The notes beneath the pieces were generated by a model. That model searched no databases and was not told the DNA's origin. It was given only the letters and a program-made list of their open reading frames with translations. The translations under genes were made by a program, and so were the position numbers. A stretch of DNA of 40,549 nucleotides, from NCBI GenBank assembly GCA_037132035.1, contig JBAXPY010000002.1, forward strand, positions 1 to 40,549. Direction: 5' to 3'. Each line of letters starts with the position of its first letter. Positions within the stretch are counted from its first letter, which is position 1. This stretch comes from Candidatus Moraniibacteriota bacterium (GTDB lineage Bacteria > Patescibacteriota > Minisyncoccia > Moranbacterales > UBA2206). This document shows, piece after piece, positions 7,092 through 14,570 of the stretch.

Positions 7092-7292
7092 CTACCTCTT
7101 TAAGTTGAAAATAACCTCCCGAATCAGTCGGCGCAAACCATAAAATGGCAACCAAAGCCAAAGGGTTTTCAGGACCCATTTATTCCAAAAGCCATTTGGA
7201 TTGGTAGCAAAATAATCGAAAACTAAGTAAATCAAAAAGAAGATCAGGATGAACGGTCCAAACATGAAGATATAGGCATCGAATTTATTCAT
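7092..7292 (-). CDS. small membrane protein (66 aa, 2 TM)
   Basis: Hydrophobic ORF (FMFGPFILIFFLIYLVF..., TLWLWLPFYGL) lying 16 nt downstream of the HAD gene on the same strand. Confidence 0.45.
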   Translation of the reverse strand: MNKFDAYIFMFGPFILIFFLIYLVFDYFATNPNGFWNKWVLKTLWLWLPFYGLRRLIREVIFNLKR

Positions 7293-7308
7293 ATATTTAA
7301 GCTAAGAA

Positions 7309-8028
7309 TTAATTTTTATTATTAATCTCATAGATAATATCTTTTTTCTCTACCACAATCCGCCAAGCTTTTTTTTCGGCAATTTTTCGCAAATTCAAAT
7401 CGGGATTAAAGGCAATTGGCAAGTCCACTAGATCAAGAAAAGAAGCATCGGATTGCGTATCCCCCATTCCAAAAGAACCGACGAGCGAGACATTATTCTC
7501 CGCCACAAATTGCTTCACCACAGCACCCTTATCATGTGTCGGTTCAAAGATTGTTTTTCCCGTATATTTATTATCCCCATCAAGTTCATAGACACTACCA
7601 TAATAAGCATCAAATTTAAAAATTTCCGCATATTCTTTTACAATCTCAATTGGCGAGCCAGAAATCACAAGCATAATATGGTCGGGACGCATTTCCTCGA
7701 TCAATTTTTTAGCAAAAATATAGGTTCTCTTGGCGTTAAACTGAGCAACTATTTTTGCCGCTTTTATAATATCGTCTTGACTCTTGCCTGCTATATTTTT
7801 TTCATATAAATCAACAAGCTTAATGCGATATGCCTCATAAGTTCCCTCATTGTCAAGCCAATGACCATAAAGAGCAATCAATTCGTCTCTGACGACCTTG
7901 GGAAATATCTTCATCCAAGAAAGCTCATTCAAAAGTTCAAAAGCTAAATTCTTACGAAAAATCGTGCCATCAATATCAAAGATTGCTATCTTTTTTTTAT
8001 GCACTTTTTTACAGATTTCTTTTATCAT
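7309..8028 (-). CDS. HAD-superfamily hydrolase, subfamily IB (SerB-like phosphatase)
   Basis: Motif I is IAIFDIDGTIF (DxDxT). Motif II is LVISGSP. Motif IV is GMGDTQSD. Confidence 0.75.
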   Translation of the reverse strand: MIKEICKKVHKKKIAIFDIDGTIFRKNLAFELLNELSWMKIFPKVVRDELIALYGHWLDNEGTYEAYRIKLVDLYEKNIAGKSQDDIIKAAKIVAQFNAKRTYIFAKKLIEEMRPDHIMLVISGSPIEIVKEYAEIFKFDAYYGSVYELDGDNKYTGKTIFEPTHDKGAVVKQFVAENNVSLVGSFGMGDTQSDASFLDLVDLPIAFNPDLNLRKIAEKKAWRIVVEKKDIIYEINNKN

Positions 8029-8034
8029 GCAAAT

Positions 8035-8703
8035 TTAAAATTTTAGATATTTATCCCAATAAAAATATAACTCAGAAGTTGTGGCGAGATCTCTCGCACA
8101 ATATCTGGCAATCTCCAGGTATCTTCCAGATTGATATAACTCACCAACCATACTCCCATCAACACAGTCGTCCTTTGAACTTTTTATGCCAAAAAATTTA
8201 GCGTAAAAATCCAAATTATATCTACGCGTCGCACCATAGAAAGTCAGTTGTTCCAAGAGGTCACAATGCGCCCTAAATTCATAGCGATAACCAAATAAAT
8301 TTTTCGCTGGATGAATTCCATGCTTCGCACTACGCAAAGCAAGAAACGGAGAATCAAAACTGCGACCATTGAAGGTGACCACTTGATCATAATTCCTTAT
8401 GAGTTCCCAGAATTTTTCCAAGATTTCCTTTTCCGTCCCGCTTTCATATCTTATACCACCTTCTTCAAATGCAATCTTTTCTTCGTCCTTATTTTGAAAA
8501 AGCACCACTCCCCCTTGCGACTCAGGATTTAACATGCCGATTGTTACAATTTCACCGGTGAGCGGGCTAAGCCCCAGCTTTTTTTTCACCTCCTCGCGCT
8601 CCTCATCACTCTTGCAATATTTGAGCAAATACTCTTGAGTTTTTCGCTCAAACGCCTCAAAGTCAAACCCGACTGTCTCGATATCAACAATCACCTTAGC
8701 CAT
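8035..8703 (-). CDS. RNase H-fold 3'-5' exonuclease-like protein (PolB-exonuclease type)
   Basis: Exo I is VIVDIETVG. Exo II is VVTFNGRSFDSPFL. Exo III is YCARDLATTSELY. Confidence 0.65.
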   Translation of the reverse strand: MAKVIVDIETVGFDFEAFERKTQEYLLKYCKSDEEREEVKKKLGLSPLTGEIVTIGMLNPESQGGVVLFQNKDEEKIAFEEGGIRYESGTEKEILEKFWELIRNYDQVVTFNGRSFDSPFLALRSAKHGIHPAKNLFGYRYEFRAHCDLLEQLTFYGATRRYNLDFYAKFFGIKSSKDDCVDGSMVGELYQSGRYLEIARYCARDLATTSELYFYWDKYLKF

Positions 8704-8717
8704 ATGCTTAGAAAAAA

Positions 8718-8891
8718 TTATTGCATCCGCAACTTAGCGTATACTCCATAAACCGCCAAAATCAAAGCCACTAACATCCACTGTGTTCCGGCCAATCCAA
8801 AAAGATCTGTCTTAAACAAAGAATCGTAACCCGAGACTAACACAGCTAGAACGGATAGTCCCATCAAAATATCGCTATACTTTTTTGTCAT
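8718..8891 (-). CDS. unannotated 57-aa two-TM membrane protein
   Basis: Below the track's size cutoff. ATG 8891 lies 5 nt after AGGAGGTG. The product is MTKKYSDILMGLSVLAVLVSGYDSLFKTDLFGLAGTQWMLVALILAVYGVYAKLRMQ, ending at TAA 8720-8718. Confidence 0.55.
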   Translation of the reverse strand: MTKKYSDILMGLSVLAVLVSGYDSLFKTDLFGLAGTQWMLVALILAVYGVYAKLRMQ

Positions 8892-8914
8892 AATTCCACC
8901 TCCTCTCTATTCTC

Positions 8915-8942
8915 ATATTAGCACATTAAGGCCGGTTTCGAA
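8915..8942 (-). promoter_or_regulatory. extended -10 promoter for the 57-aa ORF
   Basis: On the minus strand: TTCGAA, 16 nt spacer, TGc, TAATAT (-10 at 8920-8915). Confidence 0.35.
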
Positions 8943-8984
8943 AACCCCAAGGATGCATCCAAAAAGATAACTATCTTTAGGCCA

Positions 8985-9866
8985 TTATTCAATCACAATC
9001 ATCGCCTTTCTCCCTTTTTCTATTTTATTCTTATCGCCCGGAAAATCGTGAATAGCGCTAAAAAGCGTTTTAATGTCATATCTATAGCTTTGACCTTTGC
9101 GAGTGCCAGGGTCATTTGTGATAATCGTATCACCATCATAACCGATAAGCACTAGATTATGATACAGTGGACCAGGCGCAGTAAAATTAGGATTACCGAG
9201 TAGTCTCCCGGCCGCAGGGATAATAATCGGCTTTTTTTGAGCTAAATATTTTTTCAAATCTGCAGGCGTGAAGTCATATACCACGCGTAAATTTTTTAGG
9301 CCGTAATAATCCGCGCCCAATTTTACTGTTTCCTCGGTATTACTGTCTTCGTAACCCTTGGTATTTTTAATTTCATAGGCAATAAGTGCTTGAATTTCTT
9401 TTTCTGCCAAAGCTGGCGTCAGTTTTTTGTTTTTTAAAAAATATTCCACCATCAAAAGAGAAGCTTCCTCACATGCTTCTTCATGGTAAGCATCCCATTT
9501 GCTAAGCGGGGCTTGGGAAGTGAATGGGACGTCAATAAGCATTTTTGTGGGCAAGTTTTTTTTACCCTCCGCAGTTTCCTTGTTCGCCAAGGCTTCAGCG
9601 TCGGAGGAGGCAGAGGAGGGTTCTGCGATAGTGATATTTTCCGTTTTTTCCGGAACTACTTCTGGAATATTTTTTTGCTCGGTTATGATTTCTGTTTTTT
9701 TTTGAGATACTTCCAGAATCTCCACTTGTTCAGAAATAATTTCTGGTTTCACTAATTCTTCTAAGGACAATTTATTTTTTGACCAGATTAAAATCAATGA
9801 CGCTAAAATAATTAGCGCCAAAAGATACCCAAAAGTTTTTTTAATTATTTTCCTCTTAATAACCAT
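8985..9866 (-). CDS. TM-anchored peptidase C39-like (C39_2) domain protein
   Basis: N-terminal TM helix (FGYLLALIILASLILIW). The C-terminal part reads DVPFTSQAPLSKWDAYHEEACEEASLLMVEYF...NLVLIGYDGDTIITNDPG, like Peptidase_C39_2 (PF13529). Confidence 0.6.
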   Translation of the reverse strand: MVIKRKIIKKTFGYLLALIILASLILIWSKNKLSLEELVKPEIISEQVEILEVSQKKTEIITEQKNIPEVVPEKTENITIAEPSSASSDAEALANKETAEGKKNLPTKMLIDVPFTSQAPLSKWDAYHEEACEEASLLMVEYFLKNKKLTPALAEKEIQALIAYEIKNTKGYEDSNTEETVKLGADYYGLKNLRVVYDFTPADLKKYLAQKKPIIIPAAGRLLGNPNFTAPGPLYHNLVLIGYDGDTIITNDPGTRKGQSYRYDIKTLFSAIHDFPGDKNKIEKGRKAMIVIE

Positions 9867-10228
9867 GATTTTGAACCATCATTCCCTTCAAAATATTCTT
9901 GTGCAGCAACTTGCGCCAAATCTTCCATTCTTAAGTTTTCATCTTCTTTGTGCATACGAAATGCCATCAATATTATCTCTCTTGCTAACTCAGAAGAAAT
10001 CTCTTCAGCTCTCACTCCCTTAAGCTTAGCTAGGTGTTTTTTTATTTCTGGCTCAAAAACGATTTTAAAATTTAACATCTCCACAGCATTAGCATCCCCT
10101 CTTACTTCTACATCACTAAGCGGCTGCGTTTCAGAGTCATTCCTTTCCACGTTGTCTTCCCTGATACTATTAGCCGGCAACTCTTTTCCTAATGATTTTT
10201 CATATTCACCAAAGCGTAATTCCGCCAT
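9845..10228 (-). CDS. hypothetical acidic protein (127 aa)
   Basis: Coherent ORF whose 3' end overlaps the next gene's start by 22 nt, consistent with translational coupling. No recognisable family. Confidence 0.45.
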   Translation of the reverse strand: MAELRFGEYEKSLGKELPANSIREDNVERNDSETQPLSDVEVRGDANAVEMLNFKIVFEPEIKKHLAKLKGVRAEEISSELAREIILMAFRMHKEDENLRMEDLAQVAAQEYFEGNDGSKSWLLRGK

Positions 10229-10259
10229 ATTTTTTTGTCTTAATGATTACACCTCTATT

Positions 10260-11408
10260 CTAATACACAATCACCGGCGTGCCAATCTCCGCCCAATTAT
10301 AGACCGTTTCGGCCGAACCGACACCGAGACGCATGCAACCGTGAGAAACCGGGATACCAAGATGATTAACCCCTTCCTTATAACCCCCGGGCCATTCCGG
10401 AAGCTCATGGATGCCAAATTTGCCGTCAGAAACAATCGCCATCCAATAAGGCATATACAGCCCATAGGCCTTAGAATAAGCTCGTGGAAATTTATTATAG
10501 ATTTTATGTGTGCCAACCGGCGTATCCATACCCCTTTTCCCTGATGAGATTAGATGAGAATCTAAGAGCACTCCATTTTCAAAAGTAGTCATTATTTGCG
10601 TTGCCAAATTAACATCGATATATTTTCCTTCTTTTATTTTAGCTTTAGTATATTTTTTCGCTTGTTCGAGACGCAAAGTGAAATCCTTTTCCCAAACAAC
10701 TGGAGCGGTTTTTAGAGTTTCAAATGACCCGCTATATAGCAACTGGTAGTTTTCATCCTTATCATCAGCAACCTTGATGGAAATTTTCAATGCATATTGC
10801 GCGCCATCTTCCACTTTATTTTTTGGCAATATCTTGAATTGAGTTTTTTCTGGATTATTTTGATAGAATACCTCGCTCTCGGGAGTTAAGACAAAATTCA
10901 CAAAATAACCCTGAGTTGATTTGTCAAAATCAACAATAATTGGATCCTCTGCTCCAATTACCACATCTTTAGCATCATTCGCTGGAGAAACCTGTCTAAT
11001 TTTGGGAAGATTTGTCACCGAAAAATCCAATTTTTTTTCCGAAATCCTGGTCAGCATTGCCGTTCTGCCGGAAGGCAAAATAACAGAATAATTTGTCTCT
11101 GGCTTCCAGAAATTTTCCGGTGCAATTAATAACTTTCTTTTCGCCGCATCGAATTTCAAAGTAGCCTTTTCCTCGGGCACAATTTTGATTTTTGTCCGAT
11201 AGTCTTCATTCCAAACGGGAACAGAAAAATTTATTTCTACCACCTCTTTTACCTCAATATTTTTTGCATTTTTCAGAACAACTTTTTCCGCATAGATTTT
11301 CTGATAGAATTGCCAGCCATAAAAAAACATCAGCGCCAACGATACCAGCGAGATACAGAGCAGAAATGTTTTAATGAAGACTTGGAATAAGTTTGATTTG
11401 TTTTGCAT
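10260..11408 (-). CDS. L,D-transpeptidase (YkuD domain) with N-terminal TM and Ig-like region
   Basis: The C-terminus reads SSGKRGMDTPVGTHKIY...GIHELP...IPVSHGCMRLGVGSAETVYNW, containing the YkuD catalytic motif SHGC(M/I)R (PF03734). Confidence 0.85.
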   Translation of the reverse strand: MQNKSNLFQVFIKTFLLCISLVSLALMFFYGWQFYQKIYAEKVVLKNAKNIEVKEVVEINFSVPVWNEDYRTKIKIVPEEKATLKFDAAKRKLLIAPENFWKPETNYSVILPSGRTAMLTRISEKKLDFSVTNLPKIRQVSPANDAKDVVIGAEDPIIVDFDKSTQGYFVNFVLTPESEVFYQNNPEKTQFKILPKNKVEDGAQYALKISIKVADDKDENYQLLYSGSFETLKTAPVVWEKDFTLRLEQAKKYTKAKIKEGKYIDVNLATQIMTTFENGVLLDSHLISSGKRGMDTPVGTHKIYNKFPRAYSKAYGLYMPYWMAIVSDGKFGIHELPEWPGGYKEGVNHLGIPVSHGCMRLGVGSAETVYNWAEIGTPVIVY

Positions 11409-11423
11409 ACTTAGTATATATCC

Positions 11424-11578
11424 CCTTCTCCCTCCGGGAGAAGGTGACCCCGCCGCGGCGGGGATGAGGGAAAAGGCTTAATGTTAGGCAAAAACTAAAT
11501 TGGCATAGATTATTCTTAATTTATAGCCCTTGCCCTCACCTGTCACGTGCTCGTGACATCCTCTCCCGGAGGGCGAGG
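11424..11578. repeat. cluster of GC-rich intergenic hairpins
   Basis: CCTTCTCCC/GGGAGAAGG (11424-11444). The 16-nt palindrome CCCCGCCGCGGCGGGG (11448-11463). TGTCACG-TGCT-CGTGACA (11541-11558). CCTCTCCC-GGA-GGGCGAGG (11560-11578). Confidence 0.7.
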
Positions 11579-11587
11579 AGGAAAAAA

Positions 11588-12601
11588 CTATTGATTTCGA
11601 AACATCTCTTTTGCTGCGTCCCAGAGCTCTGGATGATTTTGGTTAACCTTAAGCCAATACCACCACTCAGCGCCCCAAAGATAAATTTCAGGAAAACCTA
11701 CCTTTCTCGCAAAGGACACGTTTTCTTTAAGCTGAGGAACATTCATTGATTCAAATTGTTTCTCTAGACTCTGTCCAGTCGTCCATCCGGCAATCCATGG
11801 CTCAGCTTGGAGCTCAATCACGATTGCATTATCTTGCCTAGCAAAAATCTTATTCATCCAATATTTAAACTGAAAAAAGCGTGGACCGATCGGATAGGTA
11901 TAAAAACCATATTTAGCACTATAGATTGTGCGATACATCGTAGTGCCAAAGACATCCGCGCGCGACGCCGCATGCACCCATAAACTCAACTCACCAGAAT
12001 CAGTGATTATGATATTGTGCCCAGGATCAGTTTTTCGCGCCATAGCAATCTCTTCATCAAGCAAGTTCACGTCTAGTGCAGGACAGATTCCAAAATCCAA
12101 AAATGGCTCATTCTCAATCTGCCAATATTTCAAAGCCTTAGAATTCTTGTAGCGCTCCACCACAACCCCGACAAATTCAACTAATTTTTGTTTCCTTTTG
12201 GTATCATCATTTTTAAGATACTCCGGGATAAAGCACTCTGGCCAACGAGGCACCTTTTGTCCAACCGCAAGAATAATCTCAGCGTTCCGCCTCTCGGCCT
12301 CCTCCATCTGCCAATCAAGATCAGAAAAATTATACTGCCCATCTTGCGGCTCTACAAAATCCCAATAAACTGGAATGCGGATCTTTTTCGCGCCCAAATC
12401 ATCCAGTGTTGCAAGATAGGCTGCGCGCCAATCCAGTCCAATGTCAGTCGCATAACGCATCGAAAAAGTCACTCCCAATTTCGCGTCACTATTTTCCTTT
12501 ACGACAGGAATGTTAAAGAAAATGAATATGACAGAGGCAAGAGCAAAAACTACCAAAAACGCCTTAAGGATGAATTTCAAAACTTTTTTTATTTTTTGCA
12601 T
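11588..12601 (-). CDS. TM-anchored clan GH-A (TIM-barrel) glycoside hydrolase
   Basis: IRIPVYWDFVEPQDGQYNFSDLDWQMEEA..., the acid/base motif WQIENEP, and a candidate nucleophile in VIELQAEPW. There is an N-terminal TM helix. Confidence 0.65.
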   Translation of the reverse strand: MQKIKKVLKFILKAFLVVFALASVIFIFFNIPVVKENSDAKLGVTFSMRYATDIGLDWRAAYLATLDDLGAKKIRIPVYWDFVEPQDGQYNFSDLDWQMEEAERRNAEIILAVGQKVPRWPECFIPEYLKNDDTKRKQKLVEFVGVVVERYKNSKALKYWQIENEPFLDFGICPALDVNLLDEEIAMARKTDPGHNIIITDSGELSLWVHAASRADVFGTTMYRTIYSAKYGFYTYPIGPRFFQFKYWMNKIFARQDNAIVIELQAEPWIAGWTTGQSLEKQFESMNVPQLKENVSFARKVGFPEIYLWGAEWWYWLKVNQNHPELWDAAKEMFRNQ

Positions 12602-12611
12602 TTTGTTTTAT

Positions 12612-13550
12612 TTATTTTTTAACGTGTGAAACCAATAAAATTCCAATTGCAATAATGATAATGGCAAAAATTTTCTGCAAAATGGTTTTTAGGTCCTTTT
12701 TTTCTCGCATCACTTCTGGTACCCAGGCGGAAAAAAGAATACTGAGAATGAAAATGAAGACGTATTCCACTGAGACCAAGGCGCTCACGATAGTCACACT
12801 AGCCAGGGGTAGTGAGGTTGCGAACTCTTTGAGAAATGATCCGCTTCCACCCATAATTTTTGCAAGGACAAATGAAATGCCAGATTTCTGATTGTCCTTG
12901 TGGGGTTTTTTAAATTTCAAAAGTGACCCCAGGATTGCTCGGCGCCAAGTAGGAATCAGAAAAAAACTAAGCGTCCCCAAAAATGCCCCTGCACGGGTCC
13001 AGGCAAAAACATTCAGAAAATTATCATGAATATATAGCGATTTAATCATAATCGCCGAGAGGGCCAGAAAAAATCCCGCCAAAAGCGAAGCGCGAAAGCC
13101 TTTGAAGAATATGCGCTTCTCCAGCTTATCCAATTCAAAAGAAATGAGCAACCCACCAAGAATAAGTGTCCCAATACCGATAATTCCCCGCGCGCCCAAA
13201 CGTTCATGCAAAAATATGACGGCCAGAAAGAAAGTAACAATAGGAATGACTGCACCAACCACTGGAAGCACGCGACTGGCTTCGCCTTTCCTTATTGCAA
13301 AAAACAATGAGAGCATTCCGTAGATAAAAATCATTCCGGAGATGAGACTAAAAACCACCCTGCCTAAACTGATCAGATGAAAACCGCCAAAAAGAAGTCC
13401 GATAACTACTGCGAACAAGCCTAATGTTCCTGAATAAAATGCATAGATTACCGGATGAGAAACGCGCTTGGAAGAAAGTAAAAATTTATCCAGAATAATT
13501 TCCAGCGCCAAAAGAAAATATGCAACTATCGTTATGATTAGCCAATTCAT
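12612..13550 (-). CDS. DMT-superfamily (EamA-like) permease, about 10 TM
   Basis: Polytopic hydrophobic protein with two similar halves. Assignment is from overall pattern only. Confidence 0.55.
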   Translation of the reverse strand: MNWLIITIVAYFLLALEIILDKFLLSSKRVSHPVIYAFYSGTLGLFAVVIGLLFGGFHLISLGRVVFSLISGMIFIYGMLSLFFAIRKGEASRVLPVVGAVIPIVTFFLAVIFLHERLGARGIIGIGTLILGGLLISFELDKLEKRIFFKGFRASLLAGFFLALSAIMIKSLYIHDNFLNVFAWTRAGAFLGTLSFFLIPTWRRAILGSLLKFKKPHKDNQKSGISFVLAKIMGGSGSFLKEFATSLPLASVTIVSALVSVEYVFIFILSILFSAWVPEVMREKKDLKTILQKIFAIIIIAIGILLVSHVKK

Positions 13551-13571
13551 TTTTCTATTATACAGTACAAA

Positions 13572-13610
13572 TCAAAAAGACGATAGAGACGCCCTGCTGG
13601 GGCGTCTCTA
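13572..13610 (-). terminator. rho-independent terminator
   Basis: 11-bp stem TAGAGACGCCC/GGGCGTCTCTA (13584-13610). On the minus strand it is followed by TCGTCTTTTTG. Confidence 0.7.
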
Positions 13611-13617
13611 GATTATT

Positions 13618-14439
13618 TTAAGAATTTACCTTTTTGTAATACAGCGCCACGTCCGCTATCCATTTGCGCACGCCTGCAGGATCATGCCCTGCGCAACTAG
13701 ACCCACACTTCCAGACAACCAGTTTTTCTGCTGTATTAATTTTTTTGTCCAATAGCTCTTTAATCCTTTCACCTACTACTAGGATTGCTTGTTCTGGAGA
13801 GTCAAAACAGCTATAACCAGAAGCGGTTTGATTATATGTCCCCCGATAACCCCAATAATTGAAACAATCATTCCCGCCTTTTTTTGGTGAGTGTTCACCC
13901 CAATCACTTTCTTTTTTGGCAATCGCAATCAGATAAGCTGCTGTTTCACTATCACACTTCACCAAGAAGGGAACCATTTTTTCCAGTGGGCTCCCTGCAA
14001 CTAATTCTTTGTATTTCAACTCTAAGCTACCTAGCGGTGCGCTTTCCGCAGCCGCTTTCTTTTTCTTTGCATCCCTCTCTTGGAGTTCCTTTTTCTCAGT
14101 TTTCCGAATTTGGTCAACGCCAGCTTTAACCTTCTCCATAGGATCAAACTTGAAAAGTTTTACTCTCGTTAAACTCGCTTGAATATCCCCCCCCAAAAAA
14201 GTAGTCTCCGCATTATCACTAAAAGAAACAGCTGTTAAGCTATTTTCTCCAAAATAGACTGAAAAAAACAGCACCAAGCATAGCACGGGCAATATTTTTG
14301 ACGATATATTTAGTTTTCCGATTCCTGTCTTACTCGCAATTTCCTTTTGCGGGCTCCCCACTTGGCGGCTATTCCGCTTTTGACAGAGTAGCGAGAAAAA
14401 CATCAGTTTTTCTCGCAATTTCGGCAGTTCTTCACTCAT
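13618..14439 (-). CDS. TM-anchored protein with Cys-rich lysozyme/glucosaminidase-like C-terminal domain (paralog A)
   Basis: TM helix ILPVLCLVLFFSVYF. The C-terminal domain reads AAYLIAIAKKESDWGEHSP...DCFNYWGYRG...CFDSPEQA...VVWKCGSSC...KWIADV. It is about 50% identical to the C-terminus of 27361-28452. Confidence 0.6.
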   Translation of the reverse strand: MSEELPKLREKLMFFSLLCQKRNSRQVGSPQKEIASKTGIGKLNISSKILPVLCLVLFFSVYFGENSLTAVSFSDNAETTFLGGDIQASLTRVKLFKFDPMEKVKAGVDQIRKTEKKELQERDAKKKKAAAESAPLGSLELKYKELVAGSPLEKMVPFLVKCDSETAAYLIAIAKKESDWGEHSPKKGGNDCFNYWGYRGTYNQTASGYSCFDSPEQAILVVGERIKELLDKKINTAEKLVVWKCGSSCAGHDPAGVRKWIADVALYYKKVNS

Positions 14440-14498
14440 AGAAGCTTTGTTCCCCTTTTCCCCCGTTACAACAATTAACTGTCATAAACAACCCAGAA

Positions 14499-14527
14499 AT
14501 TATAGCAAAAATTGAATTTTTGGTCAA
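14499..14527 (-). promoter_or_regulatory. near-consensus promoter for paralog A
   Basis: On the minus strand: TTGACC (14527-14522), 17 nt spacer, TGc, TATAAT (14504-14499). Confidence 0.6.
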
Positions 14528-14570
14528 CTGCCAAAAACACCAGCTTAAAAAGCCAACTATTGCGCAATAC

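Noticed and set aside
9948-10544. 198-aa plus-strand ORF
   Set aside because: It is antisense to two well-supported minus-strand genes and spans their intergenic gap. The translation is serine/leucine-rich nonsense.
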